Positions 1 through 9,204 of a stretch of 64,000 nt of DNA are shown here, in pieces. Source of the stretch: Anaeromyxobacter sp. (GTDB lineage Bacteria > Myxococcota > Myxococcia > Myxococcales > Anaeromyxobacteraceae). The position numbers and the translations under genes were made by a program. The notes beneath the pieces were generated by a model. It saw nothing but the letters and a program-made list of their open reading frames with translations. It made no database searches and was not told the origin of the DNA. How positions within the stretch are numbered: the stretch's first letter is position 1; every line of letters starts with the position of its first letter. The DNA lies in NCBI GenBank assembly GCA_036394835.1, contig DASWEI010000098.1, positions 486 through 64,485 of the forward strand, written 5' to 3'.

Positions 1-135
1 GGTCAGGTCCACTTCACGGAGGCCTATGAGGGCGTGAGCGCCATTCCGCCCGCGAAGCTGAAGGAGCTCTACCGGGAGATCAACGAGTACTTCTACAAGC
101 GCACCGCGGAGCGGCGCCCCGCTGCAGCCGGGTAG
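1..135 (+). CDS. 3' end of a gene entering the window (unknown; possibly the C-terminus of a radical SAM protein)
   Basis: Frame 1 open from base 1 to TAG 133-135 ([44 protein letters not shown]), with GC3-rich codons; 25 bp upstream of metK. Confidence 0.6.
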   Translation, partial: GQVHFTEAYEGVSAIPPAKLKELYREINEYFYKRTAERRPAAAG

Positions 136-160
136 CGCGATCACGAGAGGAGCAAGCACG

Positions 161-1309
161 ATGCCCAGGCGTCATCTCTTCACGAGCGAGTCGGTGTCCG
201 AGGGACACCCGGACAAGGTCGCGGACCGGATCTCCGACGAGATCGTCGACGCGTTCCTACGGAAGGCGAGCGGCGCCCGCGTGGCGATCGAGACGCTCGT
301 CACGGCCGATCGCTGCGTCGTCGCGGGAGAGGTGCGCGGCCCGGACGTGGATCTCGAGAACGTCGCGCGCGCCGCGATCCGCGACATCGGCTACGCCTCC
401 CCCGGGTTCTCCTGGCAAACGGTGCGGATCGACTCGCACGTGCACGCGCAGTCGGCCGAGATCGCGCAGGGCGTCGACGCGCGCGCCGACGGCGAGGAGG
501 GCGCCGGCGACCAGGGGCTCATGTTCGGGTTCGCCTGCCGGGAGACGCCCGAGCTCATGCCCGCGCCGATCCATTACGCCCACCGGATCCTCCAACGGTT
601 CGCCGTTCGGCGGAAGGAGGGTGATGACGACCTCGGCCCGGACGCCAAGTCCCAGCTCACAATCGAATACGTGGACCGAAAGCCCGTCCGCGCGCACACG
701 GTCGTCGTGTCTCACCAGCACTCGCCGCGGCTCTCGAACGCGGCGCTGCGCGACCTCGCCGCGCGGGTCGTGAAGGAAGTGCTCCCGGAGGGATGGTTCA
801 CTCCGGAGACGCGGCTCCTCGTGAACCCGACCGGCTCGTTCGTGCACGGCGGACCCGCCGCCGACACCGGGCTCACGGGGCGCAAGATCATCGTGGACAC
901 CTACGGCGGCGCGGCCCCGCACGGCGGCGGGGCGTTCTCCGGCAAGGACCCGACGAAGGTGGATCGCTCCGCCGCCTACGCCGCGCGCCACCTCGCGAAG
1001 AACGTGGTTGCGGCCGGCCTCGCCGACCGCTGCCAGATCCAGCTCGCGTACGCGATCGGCGTCGCCGAGCCGCTCGCGGTGTACGTCGACACGCAGGGGA
1101 CCGGAAAGGCGCCCGACGACCGGATCGCCGCCGCGCTCCGGCAACTCGTCTCGCTCACGCCGCGGGCGATCCGCGATCGCCACGGCCTCGCGCGGCCGAT
1201 CTACGCGCGAACCTCGGCGTACGGCCACTTCGGTCGCGCCCCCGACGCGGATGGAGGGTTCGCGTGGGAGCGGACGGATCTGGTCGAAGCACTCCGGCGA
1301 GGGGCGTGA
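161..1309 (+). CDS. metK: S-adenosylmethionine synthetase
   Basis: [49 protein letters not shown] and YGHFGR motifs; GAGGAG RBS. Confidence 0.97.
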   Translation: MPRRHLFTSESVSEGHPDKVADRISDEIVDAFLRKASGARVAIETLVTADRCVVAGEVRGPDVDLENVARAAIRDIGYASPGFSWQTVRIDSHVHAQSAEIAQGVDARADGEEGAGDQGLMFGFACRETPELMPAPIHYAHRILQRFAVRRKEGDDDLGPDAKSQLTIEYVDRKPVRAHTVVVSHQHSPRLSNAALRDLAARVVKEVLPEGWFTPETRLLVNPTGSFVHGGPAADTGLTGRKIIVDTYGGAAPHGGGAFSGKDPTKVDRSAAYAARHLAKNVVAAGLADRCQIQLAYAIGVAEPLAVYVDTQGTGKAPDDRIAAALRQLVSLTPRAIRDRHGLARPIYARTSAYGHFGRAPDADGGFAWERTDLVEALRRGA

Positions 1310-1358
1310 CGCCTGACATGGATAGCGCCAATGGAAACGCGCCAGCCCGCCTGCCGTC

Positions 1359-2345
1359 TCAGGGATGCCACGCGAAGTCCAGAACCCCCGAGATGTCGGC
1401 GCCTCGCGACGAATGCAGCACGTTCTCCACGACCCCGAACCCGACGGACGTGTGCCGGGTCGGCTCCACGGCGACGCCGGCGAGCACGTAGGTCGTCGTC
1501 CCGTCCATGACGCCGATCCCGGTCTCGGCGATGGCCGAGGTGTGCGCGCTCGCCTGGAGCATCCCCGTGAGCCATGAGCTGAGGCGGCGCGCGAGGCCGA
1601 CCTGGACCGTGAAGTGCGGCCGCGTTCGCAGCGCGGCCGCCGTGAACGGGCCTCGTTCCGGGATCATCACATCGGTCGCGAGCCGCAGTGACAAGGCGCC
1701 GAACGTCCAGCCGGCGAGCAGACCGCTCCCCACCTCGAACAGCCCGCTGCCGAAGGGAAGGGGGGTCAGGGGGACCTTGAGCGCGGCGCGCCAGGAAAGC
1801 GCGGGGGCCCAGCCGTTCTGGGTGCGCACGCGACGCTTCACCCCGACCAACGGATCGCCCGCGCTCCCGTCGGTGCCCGACCAGTCGATCCCGGACGTGT
1901 CATCGCGCACGACCCGGAAGCGTGCGGCCGCGGGGGTTGGCCCGGCGCGCAACGGGTTCACGCTCCCGAACAGCCCCTCGACGACCTTGATCGGCCGAGC
2001 GAGGAAGCCGGGGTACTCGATGGCGCCGGGGATCGCGAGCTGGACCTCGAATCCGCGCCCCAGACCGTAGCGAACGGACCCCATCGGGGCGGCGGTCTCG
2101 ACCGAGACGTCCACCGACAGCCCGGCCGCCTGCGCCCGAGCGATGCTGTTCGAGTACAGCGTCCGGATGCTCAGCTCGAGCACGCCGCGGGCGACTGGCT
2201 CCGGAGCGTCGAACGGGAGCTGCAGGAATGGCTGCGCGAAAGGCCCGGGGTCCTGCCATGCGACCGGCCGCGCCGCCTCGGTACGGCCCGTTACGGGCCC
2301 GAGCAGCGAGATCGCCCCTGCCATCGCGCGAACCCATGACCGCAC
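1359..2345 (-). CDS. DUF3187-like secreted / outer-membrane beta-barrel protein
   Basis: Signal-like N-terminus, GD..G.K turn, alternating amphipathic beta-strands, C-terminal ENV...ADISGVLDFAW; start could be the second Met. Confidence 0.6.
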   Translation of the reverse strand: MRSWVRAMAGAISLLGPVTGRTEAARPVAWQDPGPFAQPFLQLPFDAPEPVARGVLELSIRTLYSNSIARAQAAGLSVDVSVETAAPMGSVRYGLGRGFEVQLAIPGAIEYPGFLARPIKVVEGLFGSVNPLRAGPTPAAARFRVVRDDTSGIDWSGTDGSAGDPLVGVKRRVRTQNGWAPALSWRAALKVPLTPLPFGSGLFEVGSGLLAGWTFGALSLRLATDVMIPERGPFTAAALRTRPHFTVQVGLARRLSSWLTGMLQASAHTSAIAETGIGVMDGTTTYVLAGVAVEPTRHTSVGFGVVENVLHSSRGADISGVLDFAWHP

Positions 2346-2358
2346 GATCGATTCCCGC

Positions 2359-2394
2359 GCTCGCCGTTCCCTCGCTCGCCGTTCCCTCGCTCGC
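2359..2394. repeat. 15-bp tandem repeat GCTCGCCGTTCCCTC (2 copies plus partial)
   Basis: Read directly: 2359-2373, 2374-2388, then GCTCGC. Confidence 0.8.
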
Positions 2395-2535
2395 GGCTTC
2401 GCCTGTCGAGCACAGTCTCGTCACGATGGCCGCGAGCCGGTCGTCTCCAGGCGGGGACGCCTGATCGCGGTGGGCGTCGACGGCGGTCGGATCGGACCGC
2501 CCCCGTGCGATGACTCCCTTGGGAGGGTTCCCCAG

Positions 2536-2556
2536 CCTTCGACAGGCTCAGGGCGA
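2536..2556. repeat. REP-like element half-site CCTTCGACAGGCTCAGGGCGA
   Basis: Resembles the widespread CCTTCGACAGGCTCAGG / CCTGAGCCTGTCGAAGG extragenic repeat family; it supplies the TGA stop of the TPR gene; only one arm present. Confidence 0.5.
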
Positions 2557-3369
2557 GAAGCCGACGCCATCGGTGGGGCGTGCCTCGCGCGCCCTCGAGA
2601 GCAACGCCTCCCCGTCGCGGACCCACTCCGGAGCGTCGGGGTCGCCGACCGAGCCGCGAGCGAGCGCGAGGCCCCGCTCGGCGGCGGCGCGCGCCTCGGC
2701 GACTGCGCCCGTCGCGAGCAACGCCTCCGCGAGGGCGATCGGGTTCGGAGGGTGCTCGGGGACGCGCTGCTCCGCGCGGCGCGCCGCCTCGACCGCCGCC
2801 TCCGGGTCGCCGGGGCCGACGGGCCATCCCGGCGCGCGCGCGAGGACGAGCGCGAGCACGCGGTCCGGGCCGGCGTCGTCCACGCCGGGATCCTCGGCGG
2901 CGGCACGGCGGAGGTGCTCGACCATGCGCTTCAGACCATCGACCGCGGTGGCGCGCCGTTCTCGGGCCTGCACCCCGAGCGCGAGCGCCAGCCCGTAGTC
3001 GCACCAGGCGCTCGCCGGTGCGCTGCGCAGGCACCACTGGCCCGCGTCCACGGCCGAGGACGCGAGGGCGCCGCGATCGACGGAGCGGTCGTGGTCGATG
3101 CGCCAGATCTTCGCCTGGATCGCCCCGTACAGCGCGGCGACGTCCTTGGGGTCGGCACCCACGGCGGCGAGGAAGAGCGCCTCGGCCTGTCTGACCTCGT
3201 CGAGGTCGGGGCGGCGCGCGAAGCGCGCTCGAGCCTCGGCGAGCAGCTCGGGCGCGTTCCGGGCGCCTGTCGCGGCCGGCGGACCGCTCGTGCCGATGGG
3301 CCGCGGCGTCCTGAGCGCCGGCGTGCAGGCCAGCGCGCAGACGAGGGCGATCGCTGCGACCCGTCTCAC
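2548..3369 (-). CDS. TPR / TatT-like lipoprotein, BstC-like lipid-binding protein
   Basis: GTG at 3369 overlaps upstream stop (GTGA); lipobox-like ALAC; helical repeats; CDYGLALALGVQARE and AGPDRVLALVLARAPGWPVGPGD, as in TatT/BstC-type proteins. Confidence 0.7.
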   Translation of the reverse strand: MRRVAAIALVCALACTPALRTPRPIGTSGPPAATGARNAPELLAEARARFARRPDLDEVRQAEALFLAAVGADPKDVAALYGAIQAKIWRIDHDRSVDRGALASSAVDAGQWCLRSAPASAWCDYGLALALGVQARERRATAVDGLKRMVEHLRRAAAEDPGVDDAGPDRVLALVLARAPGWPVGPGDPEAAVEAARRAEQRVPEHPPNPIALAEALLATGAVAEARAAAERGLALARGSVGDPDAPEWVRDGEALLSRAREARPTDGVGFSP

Positions 3370-4208
3370 CGCCGCGTCCCGGCGAGGAGGCGATCGATCC
3401 TCGCGAGGGCAGCGGGGTCGAGCGGGGCGAAGCGCGCGACCCGGAGCCCCTGGAGCGCGGCGCTCCCGTCGGGAGTCGAGGGCAGCGCGAGGAGCGCGCT
3501 CTCGAGCGCGCGCCAGCGCGCCTCTGGGAGGCGGTCGCCGACCGTGACGACGAGCCCGGACGGTAGCGGGTCCGACCGCGCCACGACCTCGAGCTCGCCG
3601 GCGAACGGCAGCGAAGGGAGCGCCGCCGCCTGCGTGCCGTCGAGCAGCACCGCCACGTCGTCGCCCGACGCCGCGCGGCGCAGGGTCGAGAGCACCTGGG
3701 ACGACTCGGCTATCCGGGCGTCGGCAGGGAGGCGGCCCCAGCCGGCAAGCACCGCCCGGACGAACTCGGGGGCGTACCCGGCGCTCGACGCGACGGCGAA
3801 GCCGGTGAGCGAGGACGCCGCGGTCACGCGGCCTCGCTTCGCGACGAGCGCCCAGGTCTCGCCGCCAACTCCGGCGCCCTCGTTCACGACCTCGACACGA
3901 GGGCGCAGCCTGAGCGCCGCGCGGTGCTTCGCGTAAAAGGGCAAGGGCACGAGGGCGACGCCAACGTCCTGGCCGGCGAGCCGCGCGAGGCCGCTGCGCT
4001 CGCTCGGCTCGTACACCGCCGCGAGCGCACCCTCCGGCCAGCGCGCGGCGCGCGCGGCGGCGGAGGCAAGCGCGTCCATGTTCGGCTGCGCCTCCTCGGT
4101 CGTCCCTGGGTAGCCGGGCGCGCAGGCGACGAGCGTCGAGCGAGCGGTCGCGGGCGCGCGCGCCGCGCTCAGGGAGGACAGGAGGATCGCGGCGAGCGCG
4201 AGGCGCAT
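3366..4208 (-). CDS. PhnD/SsuA-type periplasmic substrate-binding protein, BstB-like
   Basis: Signal peptide MRLALAAILL; LVACAPGYPGTTEEAQPNMDAL; type II periplasmic binding protein pattern (DVAVLLD..., SDPLP, C-terminal RFAP). Confidence 0.7.
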   Translation of the reverse strand: MRLALAAILLSSLSAARAPATARSTLVACAPGYPGTTEEAQPNMDALASAAARAARWPEGALAAVYEPSERSGLARLAGQDVGVALVPLPFYAKHRAALRLRPRVEVVNEGAGVGGETWALVAKRGRVTAASSLTGFAVASSAGYAPEFVRAVLAGWGRLPADARIAESSQVLSTLRRAASGDDVAVLLDGTQAAALPSLPFAGELEVVARSDPLPSGLVVTVGDRLPEARWRALESALLALPSTPDGSAALQGLRVARFAPLDPAALARIDRLLAGTRR

Positions 4209-4293
4209 CGGGCGGCAGCTTAGCGCCTCCGTGGGGGGCAGCAACGAGAACGTCGGGGTGGACGGCCCACGCGCTGATAACCTGCGACCCATC

Positions 4294-6579
4294 ATGCAAT
4301 CGGAGAACCGGCTCGCCCGCGCGTTCCGCCGCATCGTCGCGCTGCGGGTCCCGATCCTCGCTGTCACGGCCGTAGCGGCCTGCGCCGCGGCGGCGCTCGC
4401 CGCGCGGATCCCTTCCGAAGGCGCGATCGATCGGCTCCTCGTTCCCTCGGATCCGGACTACGTCGCGACGCGGGCCTTTCACGAGGTGTTCCCCGAGGCG
4501 GACGTGGTCCTGCTCCTCCTCGAGGCGGACGACCCGTGGGCGTCGGCGGTGCTCGACGAGCTCGACCGAGCGGAGACGGCGCTGCGGGCGCTGCCGGGTG
4601 TCACGCCGGTGTCGGCGCTCGACGTGTACCGCCGGGCTCACGCCGCGTTCGTCCCGGACGCCGTCGGGGCGGCGGCGTTCCGGCGCTTCGCGACGGGAGC
4701 GGACCTCTTCCGCAGGCAAGGGCTCATCGGCGACCGCTTCCTCGGCGTCGCGGTCGAGATCGCGGCGACCGGCCCAGCCGAGCGCGACGCGGCGCTCGCG
4801 CGCATCGATGCCGCTCTGGCGGGCGCACGAACCGGAGCGGCGCGCGAGATCCGCAAGGTGGGCGCGCCGTACGTGGAGTCCTGGATCGAGCGCGAGGCGG
4901 GGAGGGCGTCGCTCCGCAACTTCCCGGTGTTCGGGCTCCTCATCTTGGGGATCACCTTCTTCCTCTACCGCTCCTGGCGAACGCTCCTCGCCATCCTTCT
5001 CGCCCTCGCCGTTGCCGTCGCGCTGGCGCTCGGCGCAGGGAAGCTCCTCGGCTTCGCCTTCACGGTCGTGTCTGCGCTCGTTCCGCTCACGGTGATGGTG
5101 ACCGCCCTCGCGGCGCTCGTGTACATCCATTCGCGGTTCGTCGATCAGCCGGAGGGGGTCGACGTGGACGTCCACCAGCTTCAGGCGCTCGCGAACAAGT
5201 TCCTCCCGGTCACCGCCTCGATGGGGGCTGCCGCCGTGGGCTTCGCCGCACTCGCGGTCTCGCCGATCCGGCCGGTGCGAGAGATGGGGATCTGGACGGC
5301 GACCGGGCTCGCCCTCTCCTGGGTCGTCGCGTTCGTCGTCTTCCCCGGGCTGCAGCGGACGCTCCGGACGCCTACCGGCCGCACCGTGGCGGTGCGGTCC
5401 CGAGCCTACGACGCGATCGCCGAGGCGCTGCCCGGGTTCACCTGGCGCTGGCGCTGGCCGCTCCTCGCCTGCGCCCTCGCGCTCGCCGCCGGCGGGGTCG
5501 TCGCGCTCGTGGGGATCCCCGGCCGGCTCACGCCGATGCGGGTCGGCGTGGACGCGCTCGACTACGTGGACCCGGACCTCCCGATCCGCCGCGACATGGT
5601 CTTCTTCCAGGAGCACGTCTCGGGGCTCGACGTGGCGCGAGTCTGGATCCGCACCCCGCCGGCCGCTGCAACGGAACCCGAGGTGCTCCGTGGCATCGCC
5701 CGGGTGGCGCAGGAGATCGAGCGGCTCCCGCTGGTGAACGCAGTCGTCGGCCCGACCACCTTCCTCGAGATCCGGCGCCACCTCGCAGGCCAGGACCCGC
5801 GGTTGCCGGAGGACCCGGTCGGCTTCGCGCGGGCAGCGGGCGACGTGGAGCAGCTCCTCCTCACCGAGCCGGAGCTGCGCGGGTTCATCGACGTGGGAAC
5901 GCTCGCGAACGCGCAGCTCACCGTCACGTTCACCGCAAAGGACGAGGCGGACTACCGCGCCCTCGCAGACGGGATCCGCGCCGCCTGGGCCAACGCCGCC
6001 GCCGAGATTCCTGCCCTTCGCCGCGCCTCCATGCAGGTCGTGGGGGAGTCGCTCCTCCAGGCCAAGGTGGGCGCGAGCCTCGTCCCGACGCTCACGCAGA
6101 GCCTCGCGCTCACCGTCGGCCTCATCATCGTCGCCTTCCTGTTCGTGTTCCGCTCCGCCTCGGCCCGGCTGCTCGCGATGATCCCTTCGGTGTTCGCGAT
6201 CCTCGTCACCTTCCTCGGCATGCGGCTCTTCGGCGCCTCGCTCAACGTCGCGACGATCCTCATCGCCACCACCGTCCTCGGCACGACCGAGAATGACCAG
6301 ATCCACTTCTTCCACCACCTGCAGGAGGGCGAGGGGCGGAGCGGCCTCGATGGCGCCCTGCGCCACACCCTGCGCGTGTCCGGGCGCGCCATCGTGTTCG
6401 CCACGCTCATCAACGCGGCGGGGTTCCTCGGGCTCGCCTTTTCGAGCTTTCCTCCGCTCCGGCAGTTCGGGGTGGTGACGGCCGCCGCGTTCCTGCTCGC
6501 GATGCTCGCCGACTTCACCGCGCTGCCGGCCGCCCTGTGGATCGCGCGGCGGGAGCGCCCGCGGGCGTCACCGCCGTGA
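4294..6579 (+). CDS. MMPL/RND-family lipid exporter (BstA/HpnN-like)
   Basis: Two repeats of TM + periplasmic loop + five TMs; VGFAALAVSPIRPVREMG and GFLGLAFSSFPPLRQFG motifs; divergent from the binding-protein gene. Confidence 0.9.
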   Translation: MQSENRLARAFRRIVALRVPILAVTAVAACAAAALAARIPSEGAIDRLLVPSDPDYVATRAFHEVFPEADVVLLLLEADDPWASAVLDELDRAETALRALPGVTPVSALDVYRRAHAAFVPDAVGAAAFRRFATGADLFRRQGLIGDRFLGVAVEIAATGPAERDAALARIDAALAGARTGAAREIRKVGAPYVESWIEREAGRASLRNFPVFGLLILGITFFLYRSWRTLLAILLALAVAVALALGAGKLLGFAFTVVSALVPLTVMVTALAALVYIHSRFVDQPEGVDVDVHQLQALANKFLPVTASMGAAAVGFAALAVSPIRPVREMGIWTATGLALSWVVAFVVFPGLQRTLRTPTGRTVAVRSRAYDAIAEALPGFTWRWRWPLLACALALAAGGVVALVGIPGRLTPMRVGVDALDYVDPDLPIRRDMVFFQEHVSGLDVARVWIRTPPAAATEPEVLRGIARVAQEIERLPLVNAVVGPTTFLEIRRHLAGQDPRLPEDPVGFARAAGDVEQLLLTEPELRGFIDVGTLANAQLTVTFTAKDEADYRALADGIRAAWANAAAEIPALRRASMQVVGESLLQAKVGASLVPTLTQSLALTVGLIIVAFLFVFRSASARLLAMIPSVFAILVTFLGMRLFGASLNVATILIATTVLGTTENDQIHFFHHLQEGEGRSGLDGALRHTLRVSGRAIVFATLINAAGFLGLAFSSFPPLRQFGVVTAAAFLLAMLADFTALPAALWIARRERPRASPP

Positions 6580-7705
6580 GCGGGTGGAGCCGCCCGGCGC
6601 GATCCACCTCGAAGGCCTCGCCCCTCCAGACGACCCGCCGCCCGACGAGAGCGGTTGCCCAGACCGCGGCGGTGAGGCAGTCGCGGATCGGGAGCAGCGG
6701 CAAGGCGCGCAGCGAGGCGCCATCGCCGGTCGCGCGCGCGGCGGCGGTCGCCACGATCCAGCGGAGCGCCAGCGAGCCGGCGAGCGCCGCCCACCCCTCC
6801 GGCGCGAAGCCGCTCGCCGCGAGCGCGGCGAGGGCGAGCGGCGTCGTGAAGGTCAGGGCATAGCCGGCGTGGCCGAGCGGCCGGCCCGCGCGCGCGCAGC
6901 GGCTCCAGCGCACCTCGCGGTCCCAGACGTCGCGGAAGCGCGCGCGGCCGAGCACGCTCGCGACGACGTGCGGGCACGTCGCCACACGCCGGCCGAGCGC
7001 GCCGACGCGCGCCCCGAGCTCGTAATCGTCGGCGAGGTGGTCGGAGAGCGCGCCGAACCCACCCACGGCCTGGAGGTCGCTTCGCCTGAGCGCCATGGTC
7101 GAGCCCATGGCGAACGGGATCCCGACGATGGCGCTCGCCATCGCCGCCGACGGGAGGAACGTCACGCCCATGTGGAGCGCCTCGAGACGGGCCGGGAGCG
7201 ATGCCGGTGCGACGCCGCGGTACGGGCACGTGACGAGCCCCACCCCCGGCGCCATGAGGCTCGCGACGACGTCGCGGAGGTAGGAGGGCGCGACGCGCAT
7301 GTCGGCGTCCGTCGCGACGAGCACGTCGAACCGCGCGGCGCGTGAGAGCGCCTCGAGGAGCTGCGCCTTCCGGTTCGGGCCGGGAGCGGGCGCGACCACG
7401 ATCCGGATCGCGAGCGCAGGGTGCTCGGCCTCGAGCTGCTCGAGGAGGGGGAGGACGGGGTCGTCCGGATCGGCGACGCCGAAGAGGACCTCGCGTTCCG
7501 GGTAGTCGACCTGGAGGAAGCTCTCGAAGCTCTCTCGCGCCCCCGGCTCGAGCCCGCGCACGGGCTTGAGGAGCGACACCGGCGGGAGCGCCGGCGGCGC
7601 CGGCGGCGGATGAGCCAGCAGGCGGCGCACCGCGAAGAGGGCGAGGAGCCAGTACCCACAGCTCGCCGCGGTGAGGGCGAGGAGCGCGAGCGCGAGCGGT
7701 GTCAC
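6515..7705 (-). CDS. hpnI: Bacteriohopanetetrol glucosamine biosynthesis glycosyltransferase (GT2/GT21)
   Basis: PPVSLLKPVRG, GPNRK, TDAD, MGSTMALRR, LADDYELG, REVRW; GTG 7705 coupled to hpnK stop. Confidence 0.9.
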   Translation of the reverse strand: MTPLALALLALTAASCGYWLLALFAVRRLLAHPPPAPPALPPVSLLKPVRGLEPGARESFESFLQVDYPEREVLFGVADPDDPVLPLLEQLEAEHPALAIRIVVAPAPGPNRKAQLLEALSRAARFDVLVATDADMRVAPSYLRDVVASLMAPGVGLVTCPYRGVAPASLPARLEALHMGVTFLPSAAMASAIVGIPFAMGSTMALRRSDLQAVGGFGALSDHLADDYELGARVGALGRRVATCPHVVASVLGRARFRDVWDREVRWSRCARAGRPLGHAGYALTFTTPLALAALAASGFAPEGWAALAGSLALRWIVATAAARATGDGASLRALPLLPIRDCLTAAVWATALVGRRVVWRGEAFEVDRAGRLHPLTAVTPAGAPAARSTGRPAAR

Positions 7706-8538
7706 GCCTCCTCCAGCGCCGCGTACGTGGTGAGCTCGAAGCCGCCGCCGTGGAGCGCGGCGCGGACCGCCGGGTCGACGAGCGCAGCGAGATCGCCTGG
7801 GTTCGGGCCGAACACATCGCCCGTGGACGTCGAGGGGTGGAGAAAGATCTCGGCGCTGCCGGAGGGCAGCCGCGCGAGCAGCGCGAGCAGGTAGGAGGCG
7901 TCCATCGACCCGCTCCGGAGGATCCCGTGGACCCGTCCGGCGAAGCGGAGGCCGAGCCGGCGCGCCTCCCCGCGCCAGCGGATCGCGAGCGTGCCGAGCA
8001 CCGCGGCATCGAGCGCGGCGCGCCGGGGCGATGCTCCGGGGAAGCTGCGGAGCCCTTCCCACGGGAGCCGGATCCCTCGCGCGCCGAACCGGGACGCGAG
8101 CCGAGCGACCAGGGGGAAGACGGCGGGGTGGAGATGAAGGTGGTGGTGGCCGTCCACATGGGCGAGCGCGAGGCCCGTCGCGGCGAACCGCTCGAACTGG
8201 GTCTCCACCTCGCGCGCCGCCTCCCGCCGCGCCGCGGCGCTCGTCGCCAGCCGGAGCCAGGCGCGCGCCGGGTGCCGCTCGAGCTTGCCGTCCACGCCGG
8301 CGAGGTGCGGGACCTCGCTCGCCGGGAGCGCGGGCCGGGCATCCGCGAGCGCAACGTGCAGCCCGATCGCGAGGGACGGGGTCGCGCGGGCGAGGGTCAC
8401 CGCCTCGCCGGCTGCATCGCCGGTCACCATCAGGCTCGCGCTCGTGAGGACGCCCTCGCGGTGCGCGCGGAGGACCGCGGCGTTCACGGCCGCCGAGGCG
8501 CCAAAGTCGTCCGCCGTCATGATGAGCTTGCGCACCAT
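7702..8538 (-). CDS. hpnK: ChbG/HpnK-family deacetylase
   Basis: TADDFG, GVLTSASLMV, IGLHV, HVDGHHHLHLHP, EIFLHP. Confidence 0.92.
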   Translation of the reverse strand: MVRKLIMTADDFGASAAVNAAVLRAHREGVLTSASLMVTGDAAGEAVTLARATPSLAIGLHVALADARPALPASEVPHLAGVDGKLERHPARAWLRLATSAAARREAAREVETQFERFAATGLALAHVDGHHHLHLHPAVFPLVARLASRFGARGIRLPWEGLRSFPGASPRRAALDAAVLGTLAIRWRGEARRLGLRFAGRVHGILRSGSMDASYLLALLARLPSGSAEIFLHPSTSTGDVFGPNPGDLAALVDPAVRAALHGGGFELTTYAALEEA

Positions 8539-8541
8539 CCC

Positions 8542-9204
8542 TCACCCGCGCTCCCGCCACGCGGCGCGGAGCGCCCGTGCGGCAGCGAGGCTCGAGCGCG
8601 CGAAGGCGATCGCCTCGGCGGGGCGGCAGGCCGCGCCGGCGACGGCGTGCAGCGCCGCGGCGAGGCGCGCGCGCCCCGACCGGGCGGAGAGCGCGGCGCC
8701 GAGCGCGCGCACGAACGGCGGAAATGGCTGGCCCGGCGTGTCCGTCACGACGCGCAGCACCTCGAGCGGCACGCCGGCAGCCGCAGCGGTCTCGGCCAGC
8801 GCGGCCGATTCCATGTCCACGGCGGCGGGCGCGGCGAGCGCCGGCGCGTCGCCGATCCGCACGGTATCGCCGGTCGCGATCTGGCACGGAAGCGCCCCTG
8901 GGGCGAGGAGGAGCGCCCCGGGCGGCAGCGTGACTGGGACCGCGCCGTCGGACCCGAGGCGATGGAGGCCCGCCGCAGTCACGAGCGCGTGGAGCGGGAT
9001 CCCCTCGGTCAGCGCCCCCGCGAACCCCGAAGAGACGACGAGGGAGGGCGCAGCGCCGCGGCGAAGGCGGGCGGACAGCGCCGCGGCGGCGCGCGACGGG
9101 CCGACGCCGGTCTGGAGCACCTCGACGCCGCGGGCGCCCGCGTCGGCGAGCCCGCGCCGGCAGGCCTCCGCCTCGACGCGCGTCGGTGCACACACGAGGA
9201 TCAC
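8542..9204 (-). CDS. hpnG: Nucleoside phosphorylase family, HpnG-like adenosylhopane nucleosidase
   Basis: TGVGPSRA, SSGFAGAL, AVDMESA, LRVVTD; GTG 9204 overlaps upstream stop; hopanoid context. Confidence 0.78.
   Translation of the reverse strand: MILVCAPTRVEAEACRRGLADAGARGVEVLQTGVGPSRAAAALSARLRRGAAPSLVVSSGFAGALTEGIPLHALVTAAGLHRLGSDGAVPVTLPPGALLLAPGALPCQIATGDTVRIGDAPALAAPAAVDMESAALAETAAAAGVPLEVLRVVTDTPGQPFPPFVRALGAALSARSGRARLAAALHAVAGAACRPAEAIAFARSSLAAARALRAAWRERG

Noticed and set aside
136-160. SAM riboswitch before metK
   Set aside because: Only 25 bp of intergenic space
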